NCBI GenBank assembly: GCA_944363565.1
Contig: CALVUI010000001.1
Coordinates: forward strand, 16,818-80,817
Length of the DNA stretch: 64,000 nucleotides
Source of the DNA: an uncultured Bacilli bacterium
GTDB lineage: Bacteria; Bacillota_I; Bacilli_A; RFN20; CAG-826
Reading direction: 5' to 3'
Made by a program: the position numbers and the translations under genes. Below, one piece after another: positions 55,808-64,000 of this stretch (position 1 is its first letter; the number at the start of each line of letters is the position of its first letter). The notes under the pieces are model-generated. The model worked only from the letters and a program-made list of their open reading frames with translations. It ran no database searches and was not told the origin of the DNA.

Positions 55808-57283
55808 ATGAAGAAATATTTGCCCTTCGCCCTCATCGCGGTGGCCCTCGGCCTCACGGCCTGCAATCCCACCGCTTCCACCTCATCGGTGGACGGAACC
55901 TCCGAAACCGAGACCACTTCGGAAACCACGGTGGAACATAAAACCGCCTGGACCGATGAAGAAAAGGCCATCTTCGAAGAAGAATTGGCCGGTTACGTCC
56001 CTCCCTTCGCCGAGGCCCTCGACGGTATGGCGGTCGAAGCCCCCGATATCGAGGATTCCCCGAACTACGCCCGCATCAGCTCGGACTTCAAAGTCGATTA
56101 TTCTTTGGTGAACAGTTACGGCGCGCTCCTTGAAGAAGACGGCTTCATGGACATGACCGATTGGGCCCCGATCTTCGGGATCGAGTTGCCCGAAGGCCTT
56201 AGGCTTTACATGATGAGCATGGAGGCCGGGGTCGCTTTGGAAGCCCAGGTCTTCCTCTTTGACGATGCCGGCCAATTCCTCAGCAGCGGAGAAGGCTATT
56301 TCGGTGTCAATTTCTACGCCAGCATTCCCTATTATGAATTCCCGACCGAAGCCCTCAATGCCGGTCTCTTGGAATATTGGGGAGTGGAAGGGGTGACCAT
56401 CCCGGCCTTTGATGCCGAGTACTACGACTACCTCGAACCCGATGCCGAATACAATACCTTTGAAATCGCCGGGCCTGCCCCCAGCGACCTGACCGCTTCC
56501 TACGTCGAATCCCTCTTGGCCCTCGATTACGTCGAAGAGCACGCCGAAGGGGAAACCCTCTATGTCGATCCTACGGGGCAGATCATGCTTAACCTCGTCT
56601 ACGACGCCGAAAATAAAACCTTCACCGTCGTCGTTTATCAGTCCCTGGTCTTCGAATGGCCGGCCGAAGACGTGGCCGCGGCCGTCAAGGCTTTGAGTGG
56701 AAGCGATACCCTGATCCCGGCCCTTGTGGGAGCCGACTATTACGTCGTTTACACCCAGTGGCTCGAAACCTCTGGCGAGTTCTCGGTCTACTGCTATGGC
56801 GGCGATTACATCGAGCCCTTTGAAACCATCCTTTTGGGGGCTGGCTACGAAAAGAGCGAGGCCGGGGCCTTCCTTTCCGAGGACGGCTACCTCTCTTTGA
56901 CCCTGAGCTATGACGACAAACTCGTTTCCACCGACCTCAAGGTCAAGTTGGGTGATAACGCCCCGACCACCTATTTCCCGAGTGAGAAAATCGCCGAACT
57001 CTTGGCCCAAGCCGGACTCGAAGGCGTCGTCATCCCGGCCCCGGTCGGCGAGTTTAGCGCCTACACGATCGACGCAACCTTCTGGCCCGGATCCCTCTAC
57101 GTCTACGCTTTGACCGATGACCCGAACTGCGGCGATGCCTACATCGCCCTCCTTGAGGAGCAGGGCTGGTATTGGTCGGACGATGCCTATGGCTATATCC
57201 ATGATAGCTATGCCGGTATCTCCCTGGCCGCCAGTTACGCTTCCTGGGCCGGCGGTTTGGAAATCGGCATTTACCAACTCTAA
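55808..57283 (+). CDS. Acidic lipoprotein with about four internal repeats
   Basis: AAGGAG SD; lipobox LTAC; repeats (W/F)PxExxxxxL...IPA...YxxxLxxxG(Y/W/F). Confidence 0.75.
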   Translation: MKKYLPFALIAVALGLTACNPTASTSSVDGTSETETTSETTVEHKTAWTDEEKAIFEEELAGYVPPFAEALDGMAVEAPDIEDSPNYARISSDFKVDYSLVNSYGALLEEDGFMDMTDWAPIFGIELPEGLRLYMMSMEAGVALEAQVFLFDDAGQFLSSGEGYFGVNFYASIPYYEFPTEALNAGLLEYWGVEGVTIPAFDAEYYDYLEPDAEYNTFEIAGPAPSDLTASYVESLLALDYVEEHAEGETLYVDPTGQIMLNLVYDAENKTFTVVVYQSLVFEWPAEDVAAAVKALSGSDTLIPALVGADYYVVYTQWLETSGEFSVYCYGGDYIEPFETILLGAGYEKSEAGAFLSEDGYLSLTLSYDDKLVSTDLKVKLGDNAPTTYFPSEKIAELLAQAGLEGVVIPAPVGEFSAYTIDATFWPGSLYVYALTDDPNCGDAYIALLEEQGWYWSDDAYGYIHDSYAGISLAASYASWAGGLEIGIYQL

Positions 57284-57469
57284 GCCTAAGTTTCTCTGCT
57301 GAAGCTTATCCCCCCAGATTAACCTCCCTTAGCCATTTGCGAGGCAAAGGAACCGCATCTGCGGGGATTTTTCTTTATCCAAATTCCGCAAATCCCTCGG
57401 AAAAGGTGGCTTTAGTTGAGTGAAATGACAGGGTATTTTGGGTTGCTTCCGACTTTACAAATAGGTAAG

Positions 57470-57483
57470 TGTAAGCGCTTTCA
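57470..57483. promoter_or_regulatory. cre-like (CcpA/LacI-family) operator
   Basis: TGTAAGCGCTTTCA, near-perfect cre palindrome, ~17 bp upstream of a TAGAAT -10. Confidence 0.75.
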
Positions 57484-57541
57484 TTCTCTATGGGGAGGAC
57501 TAGAATTAGGGTGTACAAAGAGTTTTCGAAAGGAGGGTACC

Positions 57542-58723
57542 ATGCCGAAACTCTACAAAATCGGGACTCCTGAACAACAGGAGTATCTCCGGGACTACCA
57601 CTATAACCCCAAGGGGATGGCTTTCAGCGAACCCGGCGTCATCGCCAGCGACGCCAAGGAGTTCTTGGCCTTCAACATCGCCAAGTCCTTTTACCAGGTC
57701 CATCCGGAAGTCTTCAATCTCGCTTATGTCGAAGAGAAGACCGGGATCAAGAAAGAGGAAGCGGCCAAACGCCTCAAACGCCTCTATGACGAAAAGCTGA
57801 TGATGCTAGTGAAGAACTCCTGCGTCAACATCATGGGCTTCGGCCTCTACTACTGGGTCGTGAAACTTAAGGAAGGGACTTCCAAGGAAGATAGGAAGGA
57901 TCTCTACGACTTCTTCCAAAACAACGACCAGATCTGCACCGGCTATCCGATGGACGAAGGCGGGGAGTTCGATTTCTATAACGGCAACCACATGCGGAAC
58001 CTCGATAACCTCTTCTACGGGGTCATCGAAAAGTTCCGTCACCGTCCCTATGTTGAATGGGTCCATATCTGCCCGGTTAGGCGCTTGATCCGCGAAAGCA
58101 GCGTCAACCAGTTCGACGCCAAAGAGGGCTACCGGCATTACTTCTTCGAGGAAGACCAGGTCAAGAAAGCGGTCAAACTCCAGAAAAAGATGGACGAGAA
58201 GGACTTCGCCATCATCGAAGCCCTCAACAACAGTCCGACGGTCGGGGAGATGTTCGATTATATGGTCCTTTCTTCCTTGAGCGGCTTGCCCGCCAAGGAA
58301 ATGAAGGAAGACCTCATCAAGGCCGTCGACCATGACCGCGGGGTCATCCCGATGATCTATCTCAACTACGCGGCCTTGGGCTTGCACCAACGCTTCTTCT
58401 TGGTTTCCCTTTTCGAAAACACCCCGACCTATCGAAGCGAGCAAATCGCCGATGGGCTGGCGAAGGACCCGAGGTTCGTCAACTTCTTCGACTTCTCCGA
58501 TGCCCACCATAACTACATGCTAAGTATCTATGACGAACTGAGCGACGCGGACGAAATCCGCGCAAAACTCAACTCCTATGGTGAGGTAAAGGAGGTTTTG
58601 GAATCCTTGTCGTCCCGCCAATTCCGGCGCTGGACGGCACGCCTTGACTACGAAAACGGCCTCTATGAGGAATGCGTCTTCACCGACGACGTCCTCCTCG
58701 ATCGGAGCACGGAGGGCATGTAA
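57542..58723 (+). CDS. Tandem Lrp/AsnC-like (wHTH + RAM twice) protein
   Basis: AGGAGG SD; EKTGIKKEEAAKRLKRL and MDEKDFAIIEAL wHTH patterns; NYAALG linker. Confidence 0.6.
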   Translation: MPKLYKIGTPEQQEYLRDYHYNPKGMAFSEPGVIASDAKEFLAFNIAKSFYQVHPEVFNLAYVEEKTGIKKEEAAKRLKRLYDEKLMMLVKNSCVNIMGFGLYYWVVKLKEGTSKEDRKDLYDFFQNNDQICTGYPMDEGGEFDFYNGNHMRNLDNLFYGVIEKFRHRPYVEWVHICPVRRLIRESSVNQFDAKEGYRHYFFEEDQVKKAVKLQKKMDEKDFAIIEALNNSPTVGEMFDYMVLSSLSGLPAKEMKEDLIKAVDHDRGVIPMIYLNYAALGLHQRFFLVSLFENTPTYRSEQIADGLAKDPRFVNFFDFSDAHHNYMLSIYDELSDADEIRAKLNSYGEVKEVLESLSSRQFRRWTARLDYENGLYEECVFTDDVLLDRSTEGM

Positions 58724-60115
58724 ATGGAAATCAAAGAAGCGCGACCCTATGTCGTCGAAAGCCTGAAGTACGCCCTCAATCCCTCCTCGATCGCCGTGGT
58801 CGGGGCCTCCCGTTATCCGACGAAGGTCGGGAACAAGGTCGTCTACGAACTCCAGAAGTGGGGCTACAAGGGGAAGATCTTCCCGGTCAACCCGAGGGCC
58901 GATGAGGTCCTCGGCCTCAAGGCCTACCATACCCTCAGGGAGATCAAGGAGCCGGTCGACCTCGTCTTCGTGGCCGTCCCGGCCCACATCGTGAGTTCCA
59001 TCATCCACGACGCCGTTGCCATCAAAGCCAAGATGCTGGTCATCGCCACCAGCGCCTTCAAGGAGATCGGCCGGGCCGAACTGCAAAACGACATTACCGA
59101 GTACTGCCGGGAGCAGAAGCTGCCCTTGATCGGTCCCAACCTCGTGGGCATGGGCTCGCCCTATACCCACTTCAACTGCGGCTTCATCCCCTACCTCCCG
59201 GTCGAAGGGCCGATCGCCATGATCTCCCAGTCCGGGGCCAATTTGCTCGCGGCCCTCGGGACCAGTCAGGAGGAACACTTCGGGATGAGCTTCTTCGTCG
59301 GTCTCGGAAACAAAGCGGACGTCGACTTCTCGGAGTTCATCGAATACGCCGAGTCCGACCCCCATACCAAGTGCCTTTCGATCTACATCGAAGGGCTCGA
59401 TAGCCCTGAGGCTTTCGTAAAGTCCTGCAAGAAGGTCACCAAGCCCATCGTTGTCATCAAGGTCGGGCGGAGCAAGATCGGCCACAAGGCTGCCTTCGCC
59501 CACACCGCTTCCGAGAACCCGATGGACGATGAGTATTACGACCAGATCATCAAGGAAGCCGGGGCCATCCGGGCCACGACCTGGCAGGAATTCCTCGATG
59601 TTTCCTTGGCCCTCGGCTACCAACCGGCCTTGAAGGGCGACAATGTCGTCATGATCACCAACGGCGGGGGAGCGGGCCTCCTCTCCTGCGACCATTTCGA
59701 GCGCCTCGGCCTACCTTTGAAGGAACTCAAGGACATCTCGCCTCTACTGGCCCAGAAGATCAGGGCCTACATGCCGATGTTCGGGTCCCCCCTCAACCCG
59801 GTCGACATTTCCGGGACCGCTTCCGTCATCCAATACAAGGGGGCCTTCCAGCAAGCCCTCAGGGATCCCCATGTCGACGGGGTCCTCGGGGCCATCTGCC
59901 CGACCGCGGTCACCGACGTCCACGGGGTGACCCTGGCCGCCGTCGAGGTGGCGGAGAAGACCAAGGACCTCCATAAGCCCTTCGTCATGATCTGCCAAGG
60001 CGGGGAGGAGTGCTCGGAGGCCATCAAGTTGCTCCGTTCGCACGGCATCCCGGCCTACAAGACGGCGGAACAGGCGGTCAACGCCATGGTCGCCCTCCGC
60101 AAGGCGGCCCGTTAG
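58724..60115 (+). CDS. ADP-forming acyl-CoA synthetase alpha subunit (CoA-binding plus ligase domains)
   Basis: NPSSIAVVGAS, IGPNLVG, ISQSGA, GNKADV, AAFAHTAS phospho-His, ITNGGGAG, NPVDISG. Confidence 0.88.
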   Translation: MEIKEARPYVVESLKYALNPSSIAVVGASRYPTKVGNKVVYELQKWGYKGKIFPVNPRADEVLGLKAYHTLREIKEPVDLVFVAVPAHIVSSIIHDAVAIKAKMLVIATSAFKEIGRAELQNDITEYCREQKLPLIGPNLVGMGSPYTHFNCGFIPYLPVEGPIAMISQSGANLLAALGTSQEEHFGMSFFVGLGNKADVDFSEFIEYAESDPHTKCLSIYIEGLDSPEAFVKSCKKVTKPIVVIKVGRSKIGHKAAFAHTASENPMDDEYYDQIIKEAGAIRATTWQEFLDVSLALGYQPALKGDNVVMITNGGGAGLLSCDHFERLGLPLKELKDISPLLAQKIRAYMPMFGSPLNPVDISGTASVIQYKGAFQQALRDPHVDGVLGAICPTAVTDVHGVTLAAVEVAEKTKDLHKPFVMICQGGEECSEAIKLLRSHGIPAYKTAEQAVNAMVALRKAAR

Positions 60116-60133
60116 TCTTTCCATATTAATAAG

Positions 60134-60156
60134 AGGAGGGGGCGACCCCTCCTTTT
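60134..60156 (+). terminator. Intrinsic terminator
   Basis: AGGAGGGG-gcga-CCCCTCCT-TTT. Confidence 0.8.
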
Positions 60157-60422
60157 GTCTTTTTCCTTCCTCCTTCTAAAGAAGGGCCTTGAAAGAGATC
60201 GCCCTTTTGACCCGTCTTTACAATTTCCGATATTGGTAAAACAAGAAAGCGAGGCCCCTTTCCCTTATCGGAAATCTCATTTTCCATATCGAAAAAATCC
60301 ACGTTTGGCCTATATTTAGCGATATAGGGAAAACAATTTTGTATATATGAAAATCAACTTTGGCATATCGAATTTCCTTTATGTAAGGGCTTACATGCCT
60401 TCTAATGTGCCTGGACAAACCC

Positions 60423-61235
60423 ATGGGATTTGAAAACAACGCGGCTTCATACCTCGAGATTTCCCTCCACGAGATCGGGCGGGAGGAATGCCTCCCGAAC
60501 AAGGTTTTCCATTACACCCCGAAGGAGTACCACCTCTTCCATTACGTGGTCCACGGGAAGGGGACCTTCGCCATTAGGGGCGTGACCTACCACCTCAAAC
60601 GCGGGGACTGCTTCTACATCCCCCCGCGCGAGGTCCCGACCTATTCCCCGGACCCCGAAGACCCCTGGATCTACGAGTGGGTCGGGATCGGGGGTTCGCG
60701 GGCCACGTCGATCATCGAATCGGTGGAGATCTCCGGTTCGAGCCCCGTCATCCATGACGAGGGCCTCCACCTCAAGCCCTACTTCGATGGCCTCGCCACC
60801 GAGTACCTAAGGCACGGGAAGATGAACCTCTATTGCCTAGGGCAGGCCCTCTGCTTCCTCGGCTATCTCATCCAGGGCCTCAGGGGCGAGACCGAGGAAG
60901 AGGATCCCAAGCAAGCCCACCTCCAGATGGCCAAGGAATACATCAACAACAACTACCAGTTCCCGATCACGGTGGCCGACGTCGCCAAAAACGTCGGGAT
61001 TACCGCCAATTACCTCAGTTCCCTCTTCCATGACTACGAGGGGATGTCGACCAAGTCCTACCTCATCAAGGTGAGGATGGAAAAGGCGGCCACGATCCTC
61101 AGATCGGGAGCCTACAAGATCAAGGAAGCCGGGATGATGTCCGGCTACAAGGACCAGTTGCATTTCTCGAGCGAGTTCCGCAAATACCACGGGGTTTGTC
61201 CGAGTGAATTCTTAAGAAAGGAAAGCAAACAATGA
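60423..61235 (+). CDS. AraC-family transcriptional regulator
   Basis: Cupin N-domain (FHYVVHGKG, DPWIYEWVG); HTH with GYKDQLHFSSEFRKYHGVCPSEF; start 60423 or 60405. Confidence 0.92.
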   Translation: MGFENNAASYLEISLHEIGREECLPNKVFHYTPKEYHLFHYVVHGKGTFAIRGVTYHLKRGDCFYIPPREVPTYSPDPEDPWIYEWVGIGGSRATSIIESVEISGSSPVIHDEGLHLKPYFDGLATEYLRHGKMNLYCLGQALCFLGYLIQGLRGETEEEDPKQAHLQMAKEYINNNYQFPITVADVAKNVGITANYLSSLFHDYEGMSTKSYLIKVRMEKAATILRSGAYKIKEAGMMSGYKDQLHFSSEFRKYHGVCPSEFLRKESKQ

Positions 61236-63328
61236 AAGGTAGCAAGAAGGCCTTCGGGCTCAGCGCCCTCCTCGTCAGCCTGGCTTTGACCGGCTGCGGA
61301 CCCACCCAAGGGGCCACTAGTTCTCAGGGCCCCGCGGAAGGCCGCGAAGTGGCCTTTGCCTATGACGAGGTCGACTTTACTCCGACCTACGGCGACAAGA
61401 CCAACGACGAAGTCCACGATTACGAAGGGATCATCGTCAATCCGTTGACCCGGGATCTCCGCGACGACTTCGCCTTCGGGGTCGATGCCTCAATGACGGC
61501 GGAAGTGGAGCGCCTCGGCGGCGTCTTCTACAACGAAGAAGGGGTCGAGCAGGACCTCTTCCAGATCCTGGCCGACTGTGGGGTCAACTTCTTCCGGGTC
61601 CGCCTCTGGAACAAGCCCTCGGACCGTTACGGCCGCGGGTTCGGGGGCGGGAACAACGACCTCGAGACCGATATCGCCTTGGCCAAAAGGGCCCAGGCCG
61701 TCGGCATGAACATCTGCGTCGACTTCCATTACAGCGACTTCTGGGCCGATCCCGACAAGCAACAGATCCCCCAGGAATGGCAGTCCAAAGGGGCCGATGA
61801 CATCCCCGAACTCCTCAGGCAATTCACCGTCGACTCCCTCAATTCCTTCAAGGAAGCCGGGGTCGAGGTCGACGCCATCCAGGTCGGGAACGAAATCAAC
61901 AACGGCATGATGGGGGACTACGGGACCATCGGCTGGAACAACATGGATGAGTCCTTCGTCTACATCTCCTCCCTCCTCAAGGCCGGGATCGAAGGGATGA
62001 AGGAAGTCTTCCCCGACTGCTATTCCATCGTCCATCTCGCCAATGGCACCAACGCCGACGAATTCGAAACCTACTTCTCCTACCTCGATAAGAACGGGGT
62101 CGACTACGACATCATCGGGGCCTCCTACTATCCGGCCCTGACCGGCGACCTCAACCGCCTCCAGCAAAACCTCGACCAGATCTCCGAGAAGACCGGTCAT
62201 CCGGTCATGGTGGTCGAAACCTCCTGGGGCTTCACCAACGACCACGTGGCCGGGGTGACCGCCAACCAGTACTCGGCCGATGACGAGGATACCGGGGGCT
62301 ACCTGACCAGCGAACAGGCCCAGGCCACGGCCCTCCGCGACGTCCTCGACGTCCTCAGCAAGGTCCCCAACCAAATGGGCCTCGGCTGCTTCTATTGGGA
62401 ACCGGCCTGGCTCCCGGTCAGCCTCAACGGGGAAGTCCCGGGCTGGGCCAGCAAATATGGCCAGTCCTATGCCGAATACGGCAATACCCAGCATAGCTCG
62501 ATGTACGAAGACGGGCTTACCACTTGGAGCAACCAAGGCTGGTTCTCCTTCTCCGGGAAGCTCCTCAGCAGCGCCTCCGTCTACAAGATGGTCAAGGAAG
62601 GCGGCCATAATCCGACCGAAGAAGTCTCCCTCTCGCCCCGGGCCACCGAATACGAGGCCACCATCAACCTCGCGGCCGATGAGACCTTGCCCACCACCGG
62701 GCGGGTCGTCACCAACCTCGATGCCATCCGCAACGCCCCGGTGACCTGGGACGAAGAAGAAGCGGCGGCCTGCGTCGAAGTCGGGGACTACGTGGTCCAC
62801 GGGGTCCTCGATGAAAAATACGACGTCGTCCTCAGGGCCGAATGCATCGAAAACTACATCGTCGACCCGGGCTTCGAGCTCCAGGGCGGCAACGACTCCC
62901 TCAAGGAACCCTGGCACCTCAGGAGCCTCAGTCCGGAAGGGGAGAAGATCGTGAAACTCGACCGGAAGTCCGACACCCGGACCGGGACCACCGACCTCAA
63001 CTGGTACTACGGGGCCGGGAACTTCTCCTTCGACTTCTACCAGGTGGTGGAAGACATGCCGGCGGGGACCTACGACCTCACTACCTATCTACTAGCTCCG
63101 GCCCAAAGCGATTTCACCCAAACCCTGACCCTCTACGTCAAGAATGGGAATGACGAAATGACCCTCGACCTCTCGCCCCTCTGCGTGGGCTGGGCCTCGG
63201 GTTACCAGGAAGCCCTCCTTTCCAACATCGTCGTCGAAGAAGGGACCGACCTCGAAGTCGGGATCCGCGGCGAATGCGAACAAGCGGCCTGGGCCCACAA
63301 CGACGACTGGAAACTCCTAAGGAGATAA
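61232..63328 (+). CDS. GH53 endo-1,4-beta-galactanase lipoprotein with Ig-like and CBM-like C-terminal domains
   Basis: Lipobox LTGC; GVDAS, RVRLWN, DFHYSDFWADP, QVGNEIN, ETSW, FYWEPAW. Confidence 0.92.
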   Translation: MKGSKKAFGLSALLVSLALTGCGPTQGATSSQGPAEGREVAFAYDEVDFTPTYGDKTNDEVHDYEGIIVNPLTRDLRDDFAFGVDASMTAEVERLGGVFYNEEGVEQDLFQILADCGVNFFRVRLWNKPSDRYGRGFGGGNNDLETDIALAKRAQAVGMNICVDFHYSDFWADPDKQQIPQEWQSKGADDIPELLRQFTVDSLNSFKEAGVEVDAIQVGNEINNGMMGDYGTIGWNNMDESFVYISSLLKAGIEGMKEVFPDCYSIVHLANGTNADEFETYFSYLDKNGVDYDIIGASYYPALTGDLNRLQQNLDQISEKTGHPVMVVETSWGFTNDHVAGVTANQYSADDEDTGGYLTSEQAQATALRDVLDVLSKVPNQMGLGCFYWEPAWLPVSLNGEVPGWASKYGQSYAEYGNTQHSSMYEDGLTTWSNQGWFSFSGKLLSSASVYKMVKEGGHNPTEEVSLSPRATEYEATINLAADETLPTTGRVVTNLDAIRNAPVTWDEEEAAACVEVGDYVVHGVLDEKYDVVLRAECIENYIVDPGFELQGGNDSLKEPWHLRSLSPEGEKIVKLDRKSDTRTGTTDLNWYYGAGNFSFDFYQVVEDMPAGTYDLTTYLLAPAQSDFTQTLTLYVKNGNDEMTLDLSPLCVGWASGYQEALLSNIVVEEGTDLEVGIRGECEQAAWAHNDDWKLLRR

Positions 63329-63329
63329 C

Positions 63330-64000
63330 ATGGAAAAACCGTTCATCTTAAACCTCGTCCACCGTCTCGAACTTTCCCCCGAATACTCCCAGAAAACGAC
63401 GGGAGCCGGGGGCAAGGAAGAGGACTTCGGTGGCGCCCTCACCTCCGAATCGGTGGAGATCTTCAAGATCCAGCAGGAATTAGCCCACCGCAATGGCCTC
63501 AAGACCACGATCCAACTGACCTATGCCTCTTTATTCTCCGACGAGTGCATCGAGTTGGCCCGCAAGGACCATGAAAAATACGGGGATGAGATCAGCCTCT
63601 CGCTCCTCGGGCTACCCTGCGACGAATTCAAGAACAAGTACAAGACCAAGGACTTCTGCATTTGGATGTTCAGCGAAGAAGACAAGAAGGCCGTGGTCGA
63701 CGACGTCTTCGCCCTCTTCAAGGAAAAGCTCGGCTTCTATCCGGAAAGCACCGGGAGCTACTTCCTCGATGCCTTCACCCTCAACTACATCCACGAGCAT
63801 TACCCCTCCGTCAAGTGCGCCATCGCCACTTGTTTCGAGGAAGGGCCCAAGGCCTACCATACCTGCAACAACTCCTGGTACACCTTCTTCGACGGGGGAC
63901 CCTGGAACCCCTGGGTCCCGGGCAAGGACAATAGCCACGTCCCGGCCGTGAGCAAGGAGGACGACTGCGGCATCGTCTGCATTCCCCACCTCAGCCGCGA
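63330..64000 (+). CDS. Hypothetical protein running off window end (possible GH57/deacetylase-like barrel)
   Basis: AAGGAG SD, ATG 63330, open frame to the end (MEKPFILNLVHRLEL...GGPWNPWVP...IPHLSR); absent from ORF track because no stop is reached. Confidence 0.8.
   Translation, partial: MEKPFILNLVHRLELSPEYSQKTTGAGGKEEDFGGALTSESVEIFKIQQELAHRNGLKTTIQLTYASLFSDECIELARKDHEKYGDEISLSLLGLPCDEFKNKYKTKDFCIWMFSEEDKKAVVDDVFALFKEKLGFYPESTGSYFLDAFTLNYIHEHYPSVKCAIATCFEEGPKAYHTCNNSWYTFFDGGPWNPWVPGKDNSHVPAVSKEDDCGIVCIPHLSR

Overview
GC-rich (strongly G/C-ending codons), mostly + strand chromosomal segment using the standard genetic code (TGA, TAG and TAA all end genes; tRNA-Trp is CCA). PolC, TrmFO, cre-like sites and many lipoproteins point to a Bacilli-type organism, probably an uncultured gut lineage near Erysipelotrichales/Mollicutes (inference). 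Layout: 1-17.3 kb core cluster topA-trmFO-xerC-rpsB-tsf-(PAP2)-pyrH-frr-uppS-cdsA-dxr-rseP-polC; 17.3-32 kb seven tRNAs among carbohydrate genes (GH13, GH31+PA14, a multi-CBM-like lipoprotein), amrA and a yybP-ykoY riboswitch ahead of a P-type ATPase; 32-34.6 kb a decayed island after tRNA-Thr; 37.3-49.2 kb a tightly coupled nine-gene cluster; then fucO with an IS30-family element (14-bp target duplication) in its 3' end, a sirtuin operon, tRNA-Trp plus a small island, a tandem-Lrp/acyl-CoA synthetase alpha pair, and the start of an AraC/GH53 galactan locus. The best candidate for an undescribed system is the nine-gene cluster: two paralogous SipW-type secreted subunits, a SipW-like peptidase, a four-TM membrane-anchored McrB-like AAA+ NTPase, a DUF2357/McrC-like partner with no visible nuclease motif, an ABC exporter and two surface proteins. 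Many genes also look leaderless. All family assignments come from reading motifs by eye; no searches were run.
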